A stretch of 32,000 nucleotides of DNA from Propionibacterium ruminifibrarum (GCF_900289195.1 NZ_OMOH01000007.1:30001-62000), one strand, 5' to 3'. Positions 14,356 to 22,166 are shown, counted from the stretch's first letter. Program-made: numbers and translations. Notes: a model not told the origin generated them from the letters alone.

Positions 14356-15279
14356 ATGACCCGGGCCCCCGACGACGTGCAGGACCAGAGGGCCGACCGC
14401 GGCGCCGAGCACGACTTCCACGTGAGCCTCGACAACTTCGACGGCCCCTTCGACCTGCTTCTGCAACTGATCAACAAACACAAGCTCGACATCACCGAGG
14501 TCGCCCTGTCCCGGGTGACCGACGAGTTCATCGCCCAGGTCAGGGCCGCCGGCGAGCGATGGGACCTGGAGCGCACGAGCAGCTTCCTGGTCGTCGCGGC
14601 GACCCTGCTCGACCTGAAGGCCGCCCGGCTGCTGCCCAGCGGTGAGGTGGACGACCCCGAGGACCTCGCCCTGCTGGAGGCCCGCGACCTGCTGTTCGCC
14701 AGGCTGCTGCAGTACCGCGCGTTCAAGCAGGTCTCGGCACGCTTCGCGGCCCTCATGGACGCCGAGGCACGCCGATTCGCCAGGCCCGGCGGGCTCGAGG
14801 ACGACTTCCGCGGGCTGCTGCCCGAGGTGAGCATCCCCGGCGGCGCGGAGCGCCTGGCCCGCCTGGCCGTCCGGGTCTTCTCCCCGCCCGAGGTCGTGAC
14901 GATGCCATTGGAACAGCTGCACGTCGTGACCGTCAACGTCGGCGAGCAGGCCCGGATCCTCGTCGACAGGCTGCGCCGCCTCGGCCAGGCGAGCTTCCGC
15001 TCGCTGACAGCCGACGCCGACAGGATGACCGTCGTCGCCCGGTTCCTGGCCCTGCTCGAACTCTTCCGCCAGGCCGCGGTGGCCTTCGAACAGTTGACCC
15101 CCCTGGGGGAGCTGACCGTGCGCTGGACCGGCCAGGCCGACGGGGAACTGACCATCAGCGACGAGTTCGACGTGCCGGCCGGCCAGGAACCGGCCGAGTC
15201 AGCGCCGGGCGGGACGGACGACGCAGACGACAAGGGCCCCGGCGAGGGGCCCGGGGAGTTGGCAGGAGCACGACCATGA
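14356..15279 (+). CDS. scpA: Segregation and condensation protein A (kleisin)
   Basis: FHVSLDNFDGPFDLLLQLINKHKLDITEVALSRVTDEFI is the ScpA N-terminal signature (307 aa). The track ORF upstream extension (13906-14355) is an Arg/Pro-rich shadow frame of parA and the small ORF. Confidence 0.9.
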   Translation: MTRAPDDVQDQRADRGAEHDFHVSLDNFDGPFDLLLQLINKHKLDITEVALSRVTDEFIAQVRAAGERWDLERTSSFLVVAATLLDLKAARLLPSGEVDDPEDLALLEARDLLFARLLQYRAFKQVSARFAALMDAEARRFARPGGLEDDFRGLLPEVSIPGGAERLARLAVRVFSPPEVVTMPLEQLHVVTVNVGEQARILVDRLRRLGQASFRSLTADADRMTVVARFLALLELFRQAAVAFEQLTPLGELTVRWTGQADGELTISDEFDVPAGQEPAESAPGGTDDADDKGPGEGPGELAGARP

Positions 15280-16067
15280 GTGATGAGGGACAGCCGATGC
15301 CGGGGACCGCTCACCAGCCGGACACCACCGCGGCCGAGTCCGCGGACGCCGCCGGCGGCGACCGCGTGCCACGCCCGGAGGAGATATCCGGGCTGCTCGA
15401 GGCCCTGCTCATCATGAGCGAGGAACCCGCCGACGAGACGGCGCTCGCCGAGGCCGTCGGCGCCCCGACCGAGGTCGTCAGGGAGGCGCTCGACGGGCTC
15501 GCCCGCTTCTACGACGAGAGCGGTCGCGGCTTCCAGCTGCGGCGCGTCGGCGGGGGATGGCGCTACCACACCCGGCCCGAACACCACGACACGATCGCGG
15601 CCTGGGTGCGTTCCGGCGGCCAGAACCGGCTCACCCAGGCGTCCATGGAGACCCTCGCCGTCATCGCCTACCTGCAGCCGGTGCCCCGATCGCGCGTCTC
15701 GGCCGTGCGAGGCGTCAACGTCGACGGCGTCGTGCGCACGCTGCTCGCCCGGGGCCTCATCGACGAACAGGGGGCCGACGCGTCCACCGGCGCCGGCCTG
15801 CTCGTGACGACCGACTACTTCCTCGCGCGGCTAGGCTTGGACAGCCTGGAGCAGCTGCCCGACATCGCGCCGCTCCTACCTGAGGCCTCCGTGCTCGAAG
15901 CGGAACTCGCCCATCTCGCGCGACCCGCCGAGGACACCGAGGAGCAGGACGGGCACGAGGACGAGTCAGGCCCCGGCGCGCCCGGGGCCGGACCGGCGAT
16001 GGGCGCGCCGGGGAAGGAAGAGGAGCGAACGCACGATGAGCCAGACCAACAGCAGCCAGGCGAGTGA
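15276..16067 (+). CDS. scpB: Segregation and condensation protein B
   Basis: ATGA overlap with the scpA stop. Core segments are LEALLIMSEEP, GFQLRRVGGGWRYHTRPEH and LTQASMETLAVIAYLQPVPRSRVSAVRGVNVDGVVRTLLARGLI. It has an acidic C-terminal tail. Confidence 0.9.
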   Translation: MSDEGQPMPGTAHQPDTTAAESADAAGGDRVPRPEEISGLLEALLIMSEEPADETALAEAVGAPTEVVREALDGLARFYDESGRGFQLRRVGGGWRYHTRPEHHDTIAAWVRSGGQNRLTQASMETLAVIAYLQPVPRSRVSAVRGVNVDGVVRTLLARGLIDEQGADASTGAGLLVTTDYFLARLGLDSLEQLPDIAPLLPEASVLEAELAHLARPAEDTEEQDGHEDESGPGAPGAGPAMGAPGKEEERTHDEPDQQQPGE

Positions 16068-16785
16068 GGGGATCCGACTGCAGAAGGTGCTCTCGCAGGC
16101 GGGCGTGGCGTCGCGTCGGGCCAGCGAGATCATGATCGACGAGGGCCGCGTCGAGGTGAACGGGCGCATCGTGACCGAGCAGGGCATGCGCGTCGACCCC
16201 GAGCGCGACACGATCCGTGTCGACGGCGCCCGCATCCCCGCCCCGCGCCGCCACATGTACCTGCTGCTCAACAAGCCCCGCGGGGTCGTCTCGACCATGG
16301 ACGAGTCGCAGGACCGCGGGACGCTCGCCCAGTACGTGCCCCGTCACCAGCGTCTCTACCACGTGGGGCGTCTCGACACCGACACCGAGGGCCTCATCAT
16401 CCTGACCAACGACGGCGAGTTCGCCCACCGCCTGGCCCACCCCAGCTACGAGGTGCGCAAGACCTACCTGGTCGAGACAGAGGGGGTCATGGACAGCAAG
16501 ACCCTGCGCCGCCTCGAGAAGGGCCTGCGCCTGGAGGACGGGCCGATCAAACCGGACCGGGTGAAGCTCGTCTCGCGCGGCCCCTCCCGCACACTCGTCC
16601 AGATCACCCTTCACTCGGGGCGCAACCGCATCGTGCGGCGCATGATGGACTCGGTCGGTCACCCGGTACGAAGGCTGGCCCGCATCGGGATCGGCCCGGT
16701 CAGGCTCGGCGACCTGGCCAGCGGCGACACCCGCGAACTCACGCGCGAGGAACTGGGCACCCTGCTCGACATCATCGGCATGTGA
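16036..16785 (+). CDS. rluB: Pseudouridine synthase, RsuA/RluB family (S4 domain + catalytic RLD motif)
   Basis: S4 domain: IRLQKVLSQAGVASRRASEIMIDEGRVEVNG. Catalytic loop: HVGRLDTDTEGLIILTNDG. The ATG at 16036 has a GAGGAG RBS and overlaps the scpB tail by 32 nt. Confidence 0.88.
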   Translation: MSQTNSSQASEGIRLQKVLSQAGVASRRASEIMIDEGRVEVNGRIVTEQGMRVDPERDTIRVDGARIPAPRRHMYLLLNKPRGVVSTMDESQDRGTLAQYVPRHQRLYHVGRLDTDTEGLIILTNDGEFAHRLAHPSYEVRKTYLVETEGVMDSKTLRRLEKGLRLEDGPIKPDRVKLVSRGPSRTLVQITLHSGRNRIVRRMMDSVGHPVRRLARIGIGPVRLGDLASGDTRELTREELGTLLDIIGM

Positions 16786-16905
16786 CACCTGCCCGCGTCC
16801 GCGGGCCGCACGGCCGTTCTTGCTTCATCGGCTCCCGGCGCGGACGACCCGGGTCGAGCGCAGGGTCTGGATCGGAGGTGGGGCGGCACGGCAGCAGAAC
16901 CGGGC

Positions 16906-17274
16906 CTACGCCCGGTCGTGGACCGTGACGGCGTACCCGTCCGGGTCGGCGAAGGTGAAGAACACGCCGAAGGGTCCCTTCTCCGGTGGACGGAGAATCG
17001 GCACCCCGAACTCGCTCAGGGCGTCGTGCAGGGCCTGCGCGTCAGCGCAGTGCAGCCACAGGGACACGCCCGTGCCCGGACGGCCGACGCCGTCCAGGTC
17101 GGTTCCGGGCAGTGGTGTGCGCACGGCGAAGGGGATGGGCGTGGTGTCGAAGACGACGGCTCCCGGCTGTGACACCGGGGCCCGGCGCAGACCGAGACGG
17201 TCTTCGTAGAAGGCGGCGGAACGCTCGATGTCGCTGACCTGCAGCGCGATGAAGTCTGGGCCGGTGATGGTCAT
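16906..17274 (-). CDS. VOC (glyoxalase/bleomycin-resistance/dioxygenase) family protein
   Basis: 122 aa. The protein reads MTITGPDFIALQVSDIERSAAFYEDRLGL...GVFFTFADPDGYAVTVHD, a typical single-module VOC fold pattern. Confidence 0.85.
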   Translation of the reverse strand: MTITGPDFIALQVSDIERSAAFYEDRLGLRRAPVSQPGAVVFDTTPIPFAVRTPLPGTDLDGVGRPGTGVSLWLHCADAQALHDALSEFGVPILRPPEKGPFGVFFTFADPDGYAVTVHDRA

Positions 17275-17340
17275 GAGTGGTCTCCTCTCCGGGGTGACCC
17301 GAGCCCTGCCTGGATGTGGCTCGGGAACGGTCAGTTCACT

Positions 17341-17389
17341 TCATGTCAAGGTACTGACATGATGATTTTGGGTCAAGATACTGACATGC
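17341..17389. promoter_or_regulatory. Two copies of a MarR-type pseudopalindromic operator in the VOC/marR divergent region
   Basis: Site 1 (17341-17362) is TCATGTCA-aggtac-TGACATGA with 8-nt perfect arms. Site 2 (17368-17389) matches site 1 at 17/22 positions, and the core GTCAAGrTACTGACATG is repeated 27 nt apart. This is the most AT-rich stretch in the neighbourhood. Confidence 0.55.
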
Positions 17390-17400
17390 ACAATGGCGAC

Positions 17401-17922
17401 ATGGCAGACACGGAACGCCGCGATGCCGGCCGGGCCGGGTTCGGCGATCGGGCCGGTGGTGACCGCCGCATCGAGGACGAGAGCGGCTTGGGCGCCCTGG
17501 TGGGGTATCGGCTCAAACAGGTGCAGGCCGCCCTGCGATCCCGTATTGACGCGGTGCTGCGCCCACTGGGACTGACGACGCCGCAGTATGCCTGTCTGGA
17601 GCTGCTGGGCCGCAGTCCCGGGGCCTCCGGGGCGGAGCTTGCCAGAGGTGCCTTCGTGTCACGTCAGACCATGAATGTCGTGCTGCGCAGCCTCCAGGAC
17701 CAGGGTCTCGTTGCGCACTCACGAAGGATGGGCGGTGGCCGGGCTCAGCCCCTGGAGCTGACGTCACAGGGGGACGAGCTGTGGCGGCGTGCCGCGCAGC
17801 GTGTGGCAGGGGTCGAGGCGCTGATGGTAAGCCGGCTCAGTGATGAGCAGGGCCGTGACCTCCACAGGGCGCTGACCGCCTGCGCCGAGGCGCTCGAGGG
17901 TTCCTGCGCAGAGCACGCGTAG
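17401..17922 (+). CDS. MarR family transcriptional regulator
   Basis: wHTH core: LGLTTPQYACLELLGRSPGASGAELARGAFVSRQTMNVVLRSLQDQGLVAH. The start is uncertain. ATG 17401 lies just past the operator repeats; in-frame ATGs also exist at 17314, 17359, 17362 and 17386. Confidence 0.8.
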   Translation: MADTERRDAGRAGFGDRAGGDRRIEDESGLGALVGYRLKQVQAALRSRIDAVLRPLGLTTPQYACLELLGRSPGASGAELARGAFVSRQTMNVVLRSLQDQGLVAHSRRMGGGRAQPLELTSQGDELWRRAAQRVAGVEALMVSRLSDEQGRDLHRALTACAEALEGSCAEHA

Positions 17923-18008
17923 GTGGGCGGCGCTGCCGGAAGGCCCGACACAGGACATCAACACCCGTTACCAACGTCATGACCAACGGCAGCTAGTAGC
18001 ATGACCGC

Positions 18009-19061
18009 GTGCTAGTTCATCCCAGCGGATCCGACCCACGCCGCGCGCGGGCCCAAAGGTGGCTCGCCGCGATCCTGCTCGTCCCGCTCGTCCTGGTGGG
18101 CGCCTCAGGATGCGGCAGCGACGAGGAGTCCTCGGACGCCTCGTCGTCCCCGGCCACGAGCGCCGAGCCCAGTGAGTCGACGAGCCAGGCTCCCCCGACG
18201 ATCATCGACAACCTCGACCAGATCAGCGTCGAGGGCGAGGTCGGACAGGCCCCGACCGTCAGTGCCACGTGGCCGCTGGGCGTCGACGAGACGATGAGCA
18301 CGGTCCTCGAGCAGGGCGACGGCACACAGGTCGCCGAGGGCGGCACCGTCGAGGTCAGCTACTACGGGGTCAACGGGCGTACCGGCGACGTCTTCGACGA
18401 GAACTACAGTTCGGGCCAGACCGCCACCTTCTCACTCGACCAGGTCATCACCGGCTTCTCGAAGGGCCTGGCCGGCAAGCACGTGGGCGACCGGGTCCTC
18501 ATCGGCGTCTCCGGCGCCGACGGCTACGACTCCGCCGGAGGTGCGACGAGCGCCGGCATCGAGGTGGGTGACACGCTCTTCTTCGTCGTCGACATCGTCT
18601 CGACCGTCCTGACCGAGCCGGCCGGCGACACGGTCACCGTCGATGACGCGAACCTGCCCACCGTCTCCTGGGGCGACGGCATCAACAAGCCCTCCGTGTC
18701 GATCCCCTCCGGCGTCGACGCCCCGAGCGAGCTCACGGTGCAGACCCTCATCAAGGGCGACGGGGCCGAGATCGCCGACACCAGTGCGACGATCACCGTC
18801 AACTACCTCGAGGTGGCCTACTCCGACGGGCACGTCATCGAGTCGACCTACAACGACGGCGACCCGGCCCCCGAGACCGGTGTCCTCAGCTCGCTCATCG
18901 ACGGGTGGCAGCAGGGCCTCGTCGGGCAGACGGTCGGCAGCCGTGTCCTGCTCGTCGTTCCCGGCTCACTGGCCTACCCGGACGGCAACGAGAGCCCGGC
19001 GATCGACCCGAATGCGACCCTCGTCTTCGTCGTCGACATCCTCTACCAGCAGACCGCCTGA
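18009..19061 (+). CDS. FKBP-type peptidyl-prolyl cis-trans isomerase lipoprotein (two FKBP domains)
   Basis: Signal and lipobox: RWLAAILLVPLVLVGASG/CGS. Two FKBP modules are present: GGTVEVSYYGVNGRTGDVFD...VITGFSKGLAGKHVGDRVLIGV...LFFVVDIV and ITVNYLEVAYSDGHVIES...LIDGWQQGLVGQTVGSRVLLVVP...LVFVVDIL. GTG start. Confidence 0.88.
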   Translation: MLVHPSGSDPRRARAQRWLAAILLVPLVLVGASGCGSDEESSDASSSPATSAEPSESTSQAPPTIIDNLDQISVEGEVGQAPTVSATWPLGVDETMSTVLEQGDGTQVAEGGTVEVSYYGVNGRTGDVFDENYSSGQTATFSLDQVITGFSKGLAGKHVGDRVLIGVSGADGYDSAGGATSAGIEVGDTLFFVVDIVSTVLTEPAGDTVTVDDANLPTVSWGDGINKPSVSIPSGVDAPSELTVQTLIKGDGAEIADTSATITVNYLEVAYSDGHVIESTYNDGDPAPETGVLSSLIDGWQQGLVGQTVGSRVLLVVPGSLAYPDGNESPAIDPNATLVFVVDILYQQTA

Positions 19062-19065
19062 CCCG

Positions 19066-19992
19066 TCAGGGCGCGGCGGGGACGGGGGCGACCCACTGCT
19101 GCGCCAGCGCCGGGTCGGTGAGCCGCCCGGCGTCGCCGGCCAGCATCCCCAGCAGGGCCCGGGGGCTCTCGGCGCGCGGCAGCCCGCAGGAGTCGCACAG
19201 CAGCCAGAAGACCCGACGCGCGTCCATGCCGGATGCCTCCAGCTCGGTGAGCGTCACGGCGCCGTCGCGCTTGGCCAGGCGCTCACCGCGGGCGTTCACG
19301 ACGAGACCGACATGGGCGTACTGCGGCGCCCGGCCGCCGAGCCTCTCGGTCAGCCACGCCTGGCGCGGGGCCGAGTCGAGCAGGTCGGCGCCCCGCGTCA
19401 CCTGGGTGACCCCCTGGACCATGTCGTCCACGACGACCGCCAGGTTGTAGGCGGGCGCCCCGTCGTTGCGCCACAGGACGAAGTCGTCCACCTCGGCCGA
19501 TACGGTGCCGGCGAAGCGGTCCCAGGCCTGCTGGACGGCACCGCCGGCCCATACGCGGAACGCCGGCGGCCGGGTGCGGCGCCTGACCCGGCGCTCCTCC
19601 TCGCTGAGGTTCGCGCACGTGCCGGGATAGGGGCGCCGGCCGGCGTGGGGCGCGCTGGACGCCTCGGCGATCTCACGGCGGGTGCAGAAGCACTCGTAGC
19701 CGTCCAGGCCCGCCGTGGCGTCCCGGTACAGGTCCAGCCGCTCGCTCTGGCGCACGACGGGGCCGTCCCAGTCCAGGCCGATGGCCTCCAGGTCGCGCAG
19801 CTGCCGGTCGGCGACCCCGGGGGCGGCCGCCACCCGGGCCCGGTCGAGGTCCTCGAGGCGCACGATGAAGTCGAGTCCGTCCGCGCGGGCGAAGAGCCAG
19901 GCCAGCAGAGCCGTGCGCAGATTGCCCAGGTGCAGGTCGCTGGTCGGCGATGGGGCGAACCGCCCCGCCCCGCGGCGGCTGGAAGTACTCAC
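19066..19992 (-). CDS. gluQ: tRNA glutamyl-Q(34) synthetase (GluQRS)
   Basis: 308 aa, a truncated GluRS-like catalytic domain. Key segments are GRFAPSPTSDLHLGNLRTALLAW (HIGH-type), RLEDLD, GAPAYNLAVVVDD and RLAKRDG. GTG start. Confidence 0.85.
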   Translation of the reverse strand: MSTSSRRGAGRFAPSPTSDLHLGNLRTALLAWLFARADGLDFIVRLEDLDRARVAAAPGVADRQLRDLEAIGLDWDGPVVRQSERLDLYRDATAGLDGYECFCTRREIAEASSAPHAGRRPYPGTCANLSEEERRVRRRTRPPAFRVWAGGAVQQAWDRFAGTVSAEVDDFVLWRNDGAPAYNLAVVVDDMVQGVTQVTRGADLLDSAPRQAWLTERLGGRAPQYAHVGLVVNARGERLAKRDGAVTLTELEASGMDARRVFWLLCDSCGLPRAESPRALLGMLAGDAGRLTDPALAQQWVAPVPAAP

Positions 19993-20065
19993 CAGACCAT
20001 GGTGGCACGGCGGTCGCCGTGCGGGCCCCGCATGCTGCGGCAGGGGCGCTGGTACCGTTCACGGT

Positions 20066-21025
20066 GTGGCGCAACGAACATCCGAGAGGCTCGTCAACCT
20101 GACGATCGCCCTGCTCAGCGCCCGCCACTGGGTGAGCAAGGACCAACTGCGCGAGCTCGTCTCCGACTACCGCGACATGAGCCCCACCAACTTCAACCGC
20201 ACCTTCGAACGCGACAAGAAGGCGCTGCGGTCACTGGGCGTGCCGATCATCACCGGCAGCGATGACGGCTACTTCAAGGACGAGCCGGGGTACCGCATCT
20301 CCCGTCGCGACTTCGAGCTGCCGCCGGTCAGCTTCGACTCCGACGAACTGTCGGCCCTGGCGCTGGCCTCCCGCGTCTGGCGCGAGGCCACCGCGGCCGA
20401 CGACACGATCAGCGCCATCGCGAAGCTGCGCGCAGCCGGCGCCCAGGTGGACTCGCACCGCTTCGAGGCCCTGGCGCCGCGCATCAGCGCAAGTGAACCG
20501 GCCTTCGACGTGTGCTGGCAGGCCACCCTCGACCGCACCCGCATCGGATTCCGGTACCGCGGCGGCGACGAGCTGCGCACCGTCCAGCCCTGGAAACTCA
20601 CCTGGCGCCGCGGCAGCTGGTACCTGCTCGGGCTCGACGAGGCCAGGCGGGCCCCGCGGATGTTCAAACTCGGACGCATCAGCTCCGGCCCGGACACGAT
20701 CGGCGAATCCGGGGCCTTCACCATCCCCGCCGGCACCGACGTGGACGCCCTCTCGCGCTCGCTGGAGCCCTCCGAGCCCGACGCGAGTGCCCTCATCGCC
20801 GTGCGGAGCGGGTTCCAGCCCTGGCTGACGCGGCGCGGGACCCTGACCAGCAGCGGCATCGACCTGCCCGAGGACTTCCAGTGCTGGCGGATCCCCTACG
20901 CCTCCGGCGACGACCTCGCCGCGCAGATCGCCGCGGCCGGGCCGGACGCGGTCGTCCTGGAGCCGGATGACCTGCGTGCCGAGGTCGTCCGGCTGCTCAA
21001 GACCAGTGCGGGGAGGCCGGCATGA
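20066..21025 (+). CDS. pafB: WYL-domain transcriptional regulator PafB
   Basis: From GTG 20066 the protein reads VAQRTSERLVNLTIALLSARHWVSKDQLRE (PafB-type HTH start), with a WYL core WKLTWRRGSWYLLGLD (319 aa). There is no in-frame ATG nearby. The track ORF extension to 19715 is antisense to gluQ. Confidence 0.85.
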   Translation: MAQRTSERLVNLTIALLSARHWVSKDQLRELVSDYRDMSPTNFNRTFERDKKALRSLGVPIITGSDDGYFKDEPGYRISRRDFELPPVSFDSDELSALALASRVWREATAADDTISAIAKLRAAGAQVDSHRFEALAPRISASEPAFDVCWQATLDRTRIGFRYRGGDELRTVQPWKLTWRRGSWYLLGLDEARRAPRMFKLGRISSGPDTIGESGAFTIPAGTDVDALSRSLEPSEPDASALIAVRSGFQPWLTRRGTLTSSGIDLPEDFQCWRIPYASGDDLAAQIAAAGPDAVVLEPDDLRAEVVRLLKTSAGRPA

Positions 21026-22032
21026 GCACCAGTGCGGAACAGGTCCAGCGCATGCTCGCCGAGGTCCCCTACCTGATGAGCAACCCCGGCGCCACCGTCG
21101 ACGAGGTCGCCAGGACCTTCGGCATCACCCCGGCGCAGGTCGGCAAGGACCTGCAGGCCCTGTGGATGTGCGGGCTTCCCGGCCAGGGCGGGGGAGACCT
21201 CATCGAGATCGACATGGACGCCGTCGAGGACGCCGGCGTCATCCGCCTGAGCAACGCCGACTACCTCTCACGCCCGATGCGCTTCACTCCCGACGAGGCG
21301 ACGAGCCTGATCGTCGCCCTCAGGGCCGTGGCCGAGGTCGCCACCGGTGCGCTCGCCGACGCCGCGGTCCGCGCCGGCCGCACCCTCGAGAACCTCGTCG
21401 CCGAGGCGCCGACCGACCGCGTCGACCTGCGTCTGGCCACGGGCGACGACACCATCCGGGCCCGGCTGCGGCAGGCCATCGAGTCTGGAGAACGGGTGCG
21501 GCTGGTCTACGACAACGCCCGCCGCGGGCGCACGACACGTCCGCTCGTCGACCCGGCCGTCATCGAGGTGCGTGAGGGCGCCGCCTACCTGCACGCCTGG
21601 TCCCTGGCCGAGGACGACCCGGGGCGCGGGCCGTCGGGCGAGGACGAGGACGCGACGGGTGGGGGCTGGCGCACCTACCGGCTCGACCGCATCAACGGGA
21701 TCGAGCAGACCGCCGAGCCGGCAGCGGACCACGGCGATGCGCCCGTGCAGCGCCCCTGGTTCGATGACGCCCAGCAGACCGTCACCCTCGACCTGGCGGC
21801 CTCCGCCCGCTGGATCGTCGAGTACTACCCGACGACGAGCGTCGAGGAACTGGGCGGCGGGGCCGTGCGCGCCGTCTTCCCGGTGGGCGACCCCGGCTGG
21901 GTCGACGGCGTGCTGCTGCGTCTGGGCGACCAGGTACTTGCCGTGGACCCGGCCGAGGCGGCGCGCGGAGCCCGTGACCGGGCGGTCCGCGCACTGGAGA
22001 TCAACCGGGACCTCTTTGGGGATTCCGCGTAA
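21022..22032 (+). CDS. pafC: WYL-domain transcriptional regulator PafC
   Basis: ATGA overlap with pafB. HTH: QVQRMLAEVPYLMSNPGATVDEVARTFGITPAQVGKDLQAL. WYL-equivalent: VREGAAYLHAWS. The pafB-pafC-tatA-tatC-helY order matches mycobacterial Rv2096c-Rv2092c. Confidence 0.85.
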   Translation: MSTSAEQVQRMLAEVPYLMSNPGATVDEVARTFGITPAQVGKDLQALWMCGLPGQGGGDLIEIDMDAVEDAGVIRLSNADYLSRPMRFTPDEATSLIVALRAVAEVATGALADAAVRAGRTLENLVAEAPTDRVDLRLATGDDTIRARLRQAIESGERVRLVYDNARRGRTTRPLVDPAVIEVREGAAYLHAWSLAEDDPGRGPSGEDEDATGGGWRTYRLDRINGIEQTAEPAADHGDAPVQRPWFDDAQQTVTLDLAASARWIVEYYPTTSVEELGGGAVRAVFPVGDPGWVDGVLLRLGDQVLAVDPAEAARGARDRAVRALEINRDLFGDSA

Positions 22033-22166
22033 TCTTGGCGTGCAGGCATTGTGAGCAGCGTGGGCCCGGGCGGCCCTCCCAATGCCGACGGACACCAGAG
22101 CCGCCGATGTCGGTGGCAGCAGAACACCCGCGTCGGCTCGCCGGCGCCCTACAAGGGAGACGTGAC

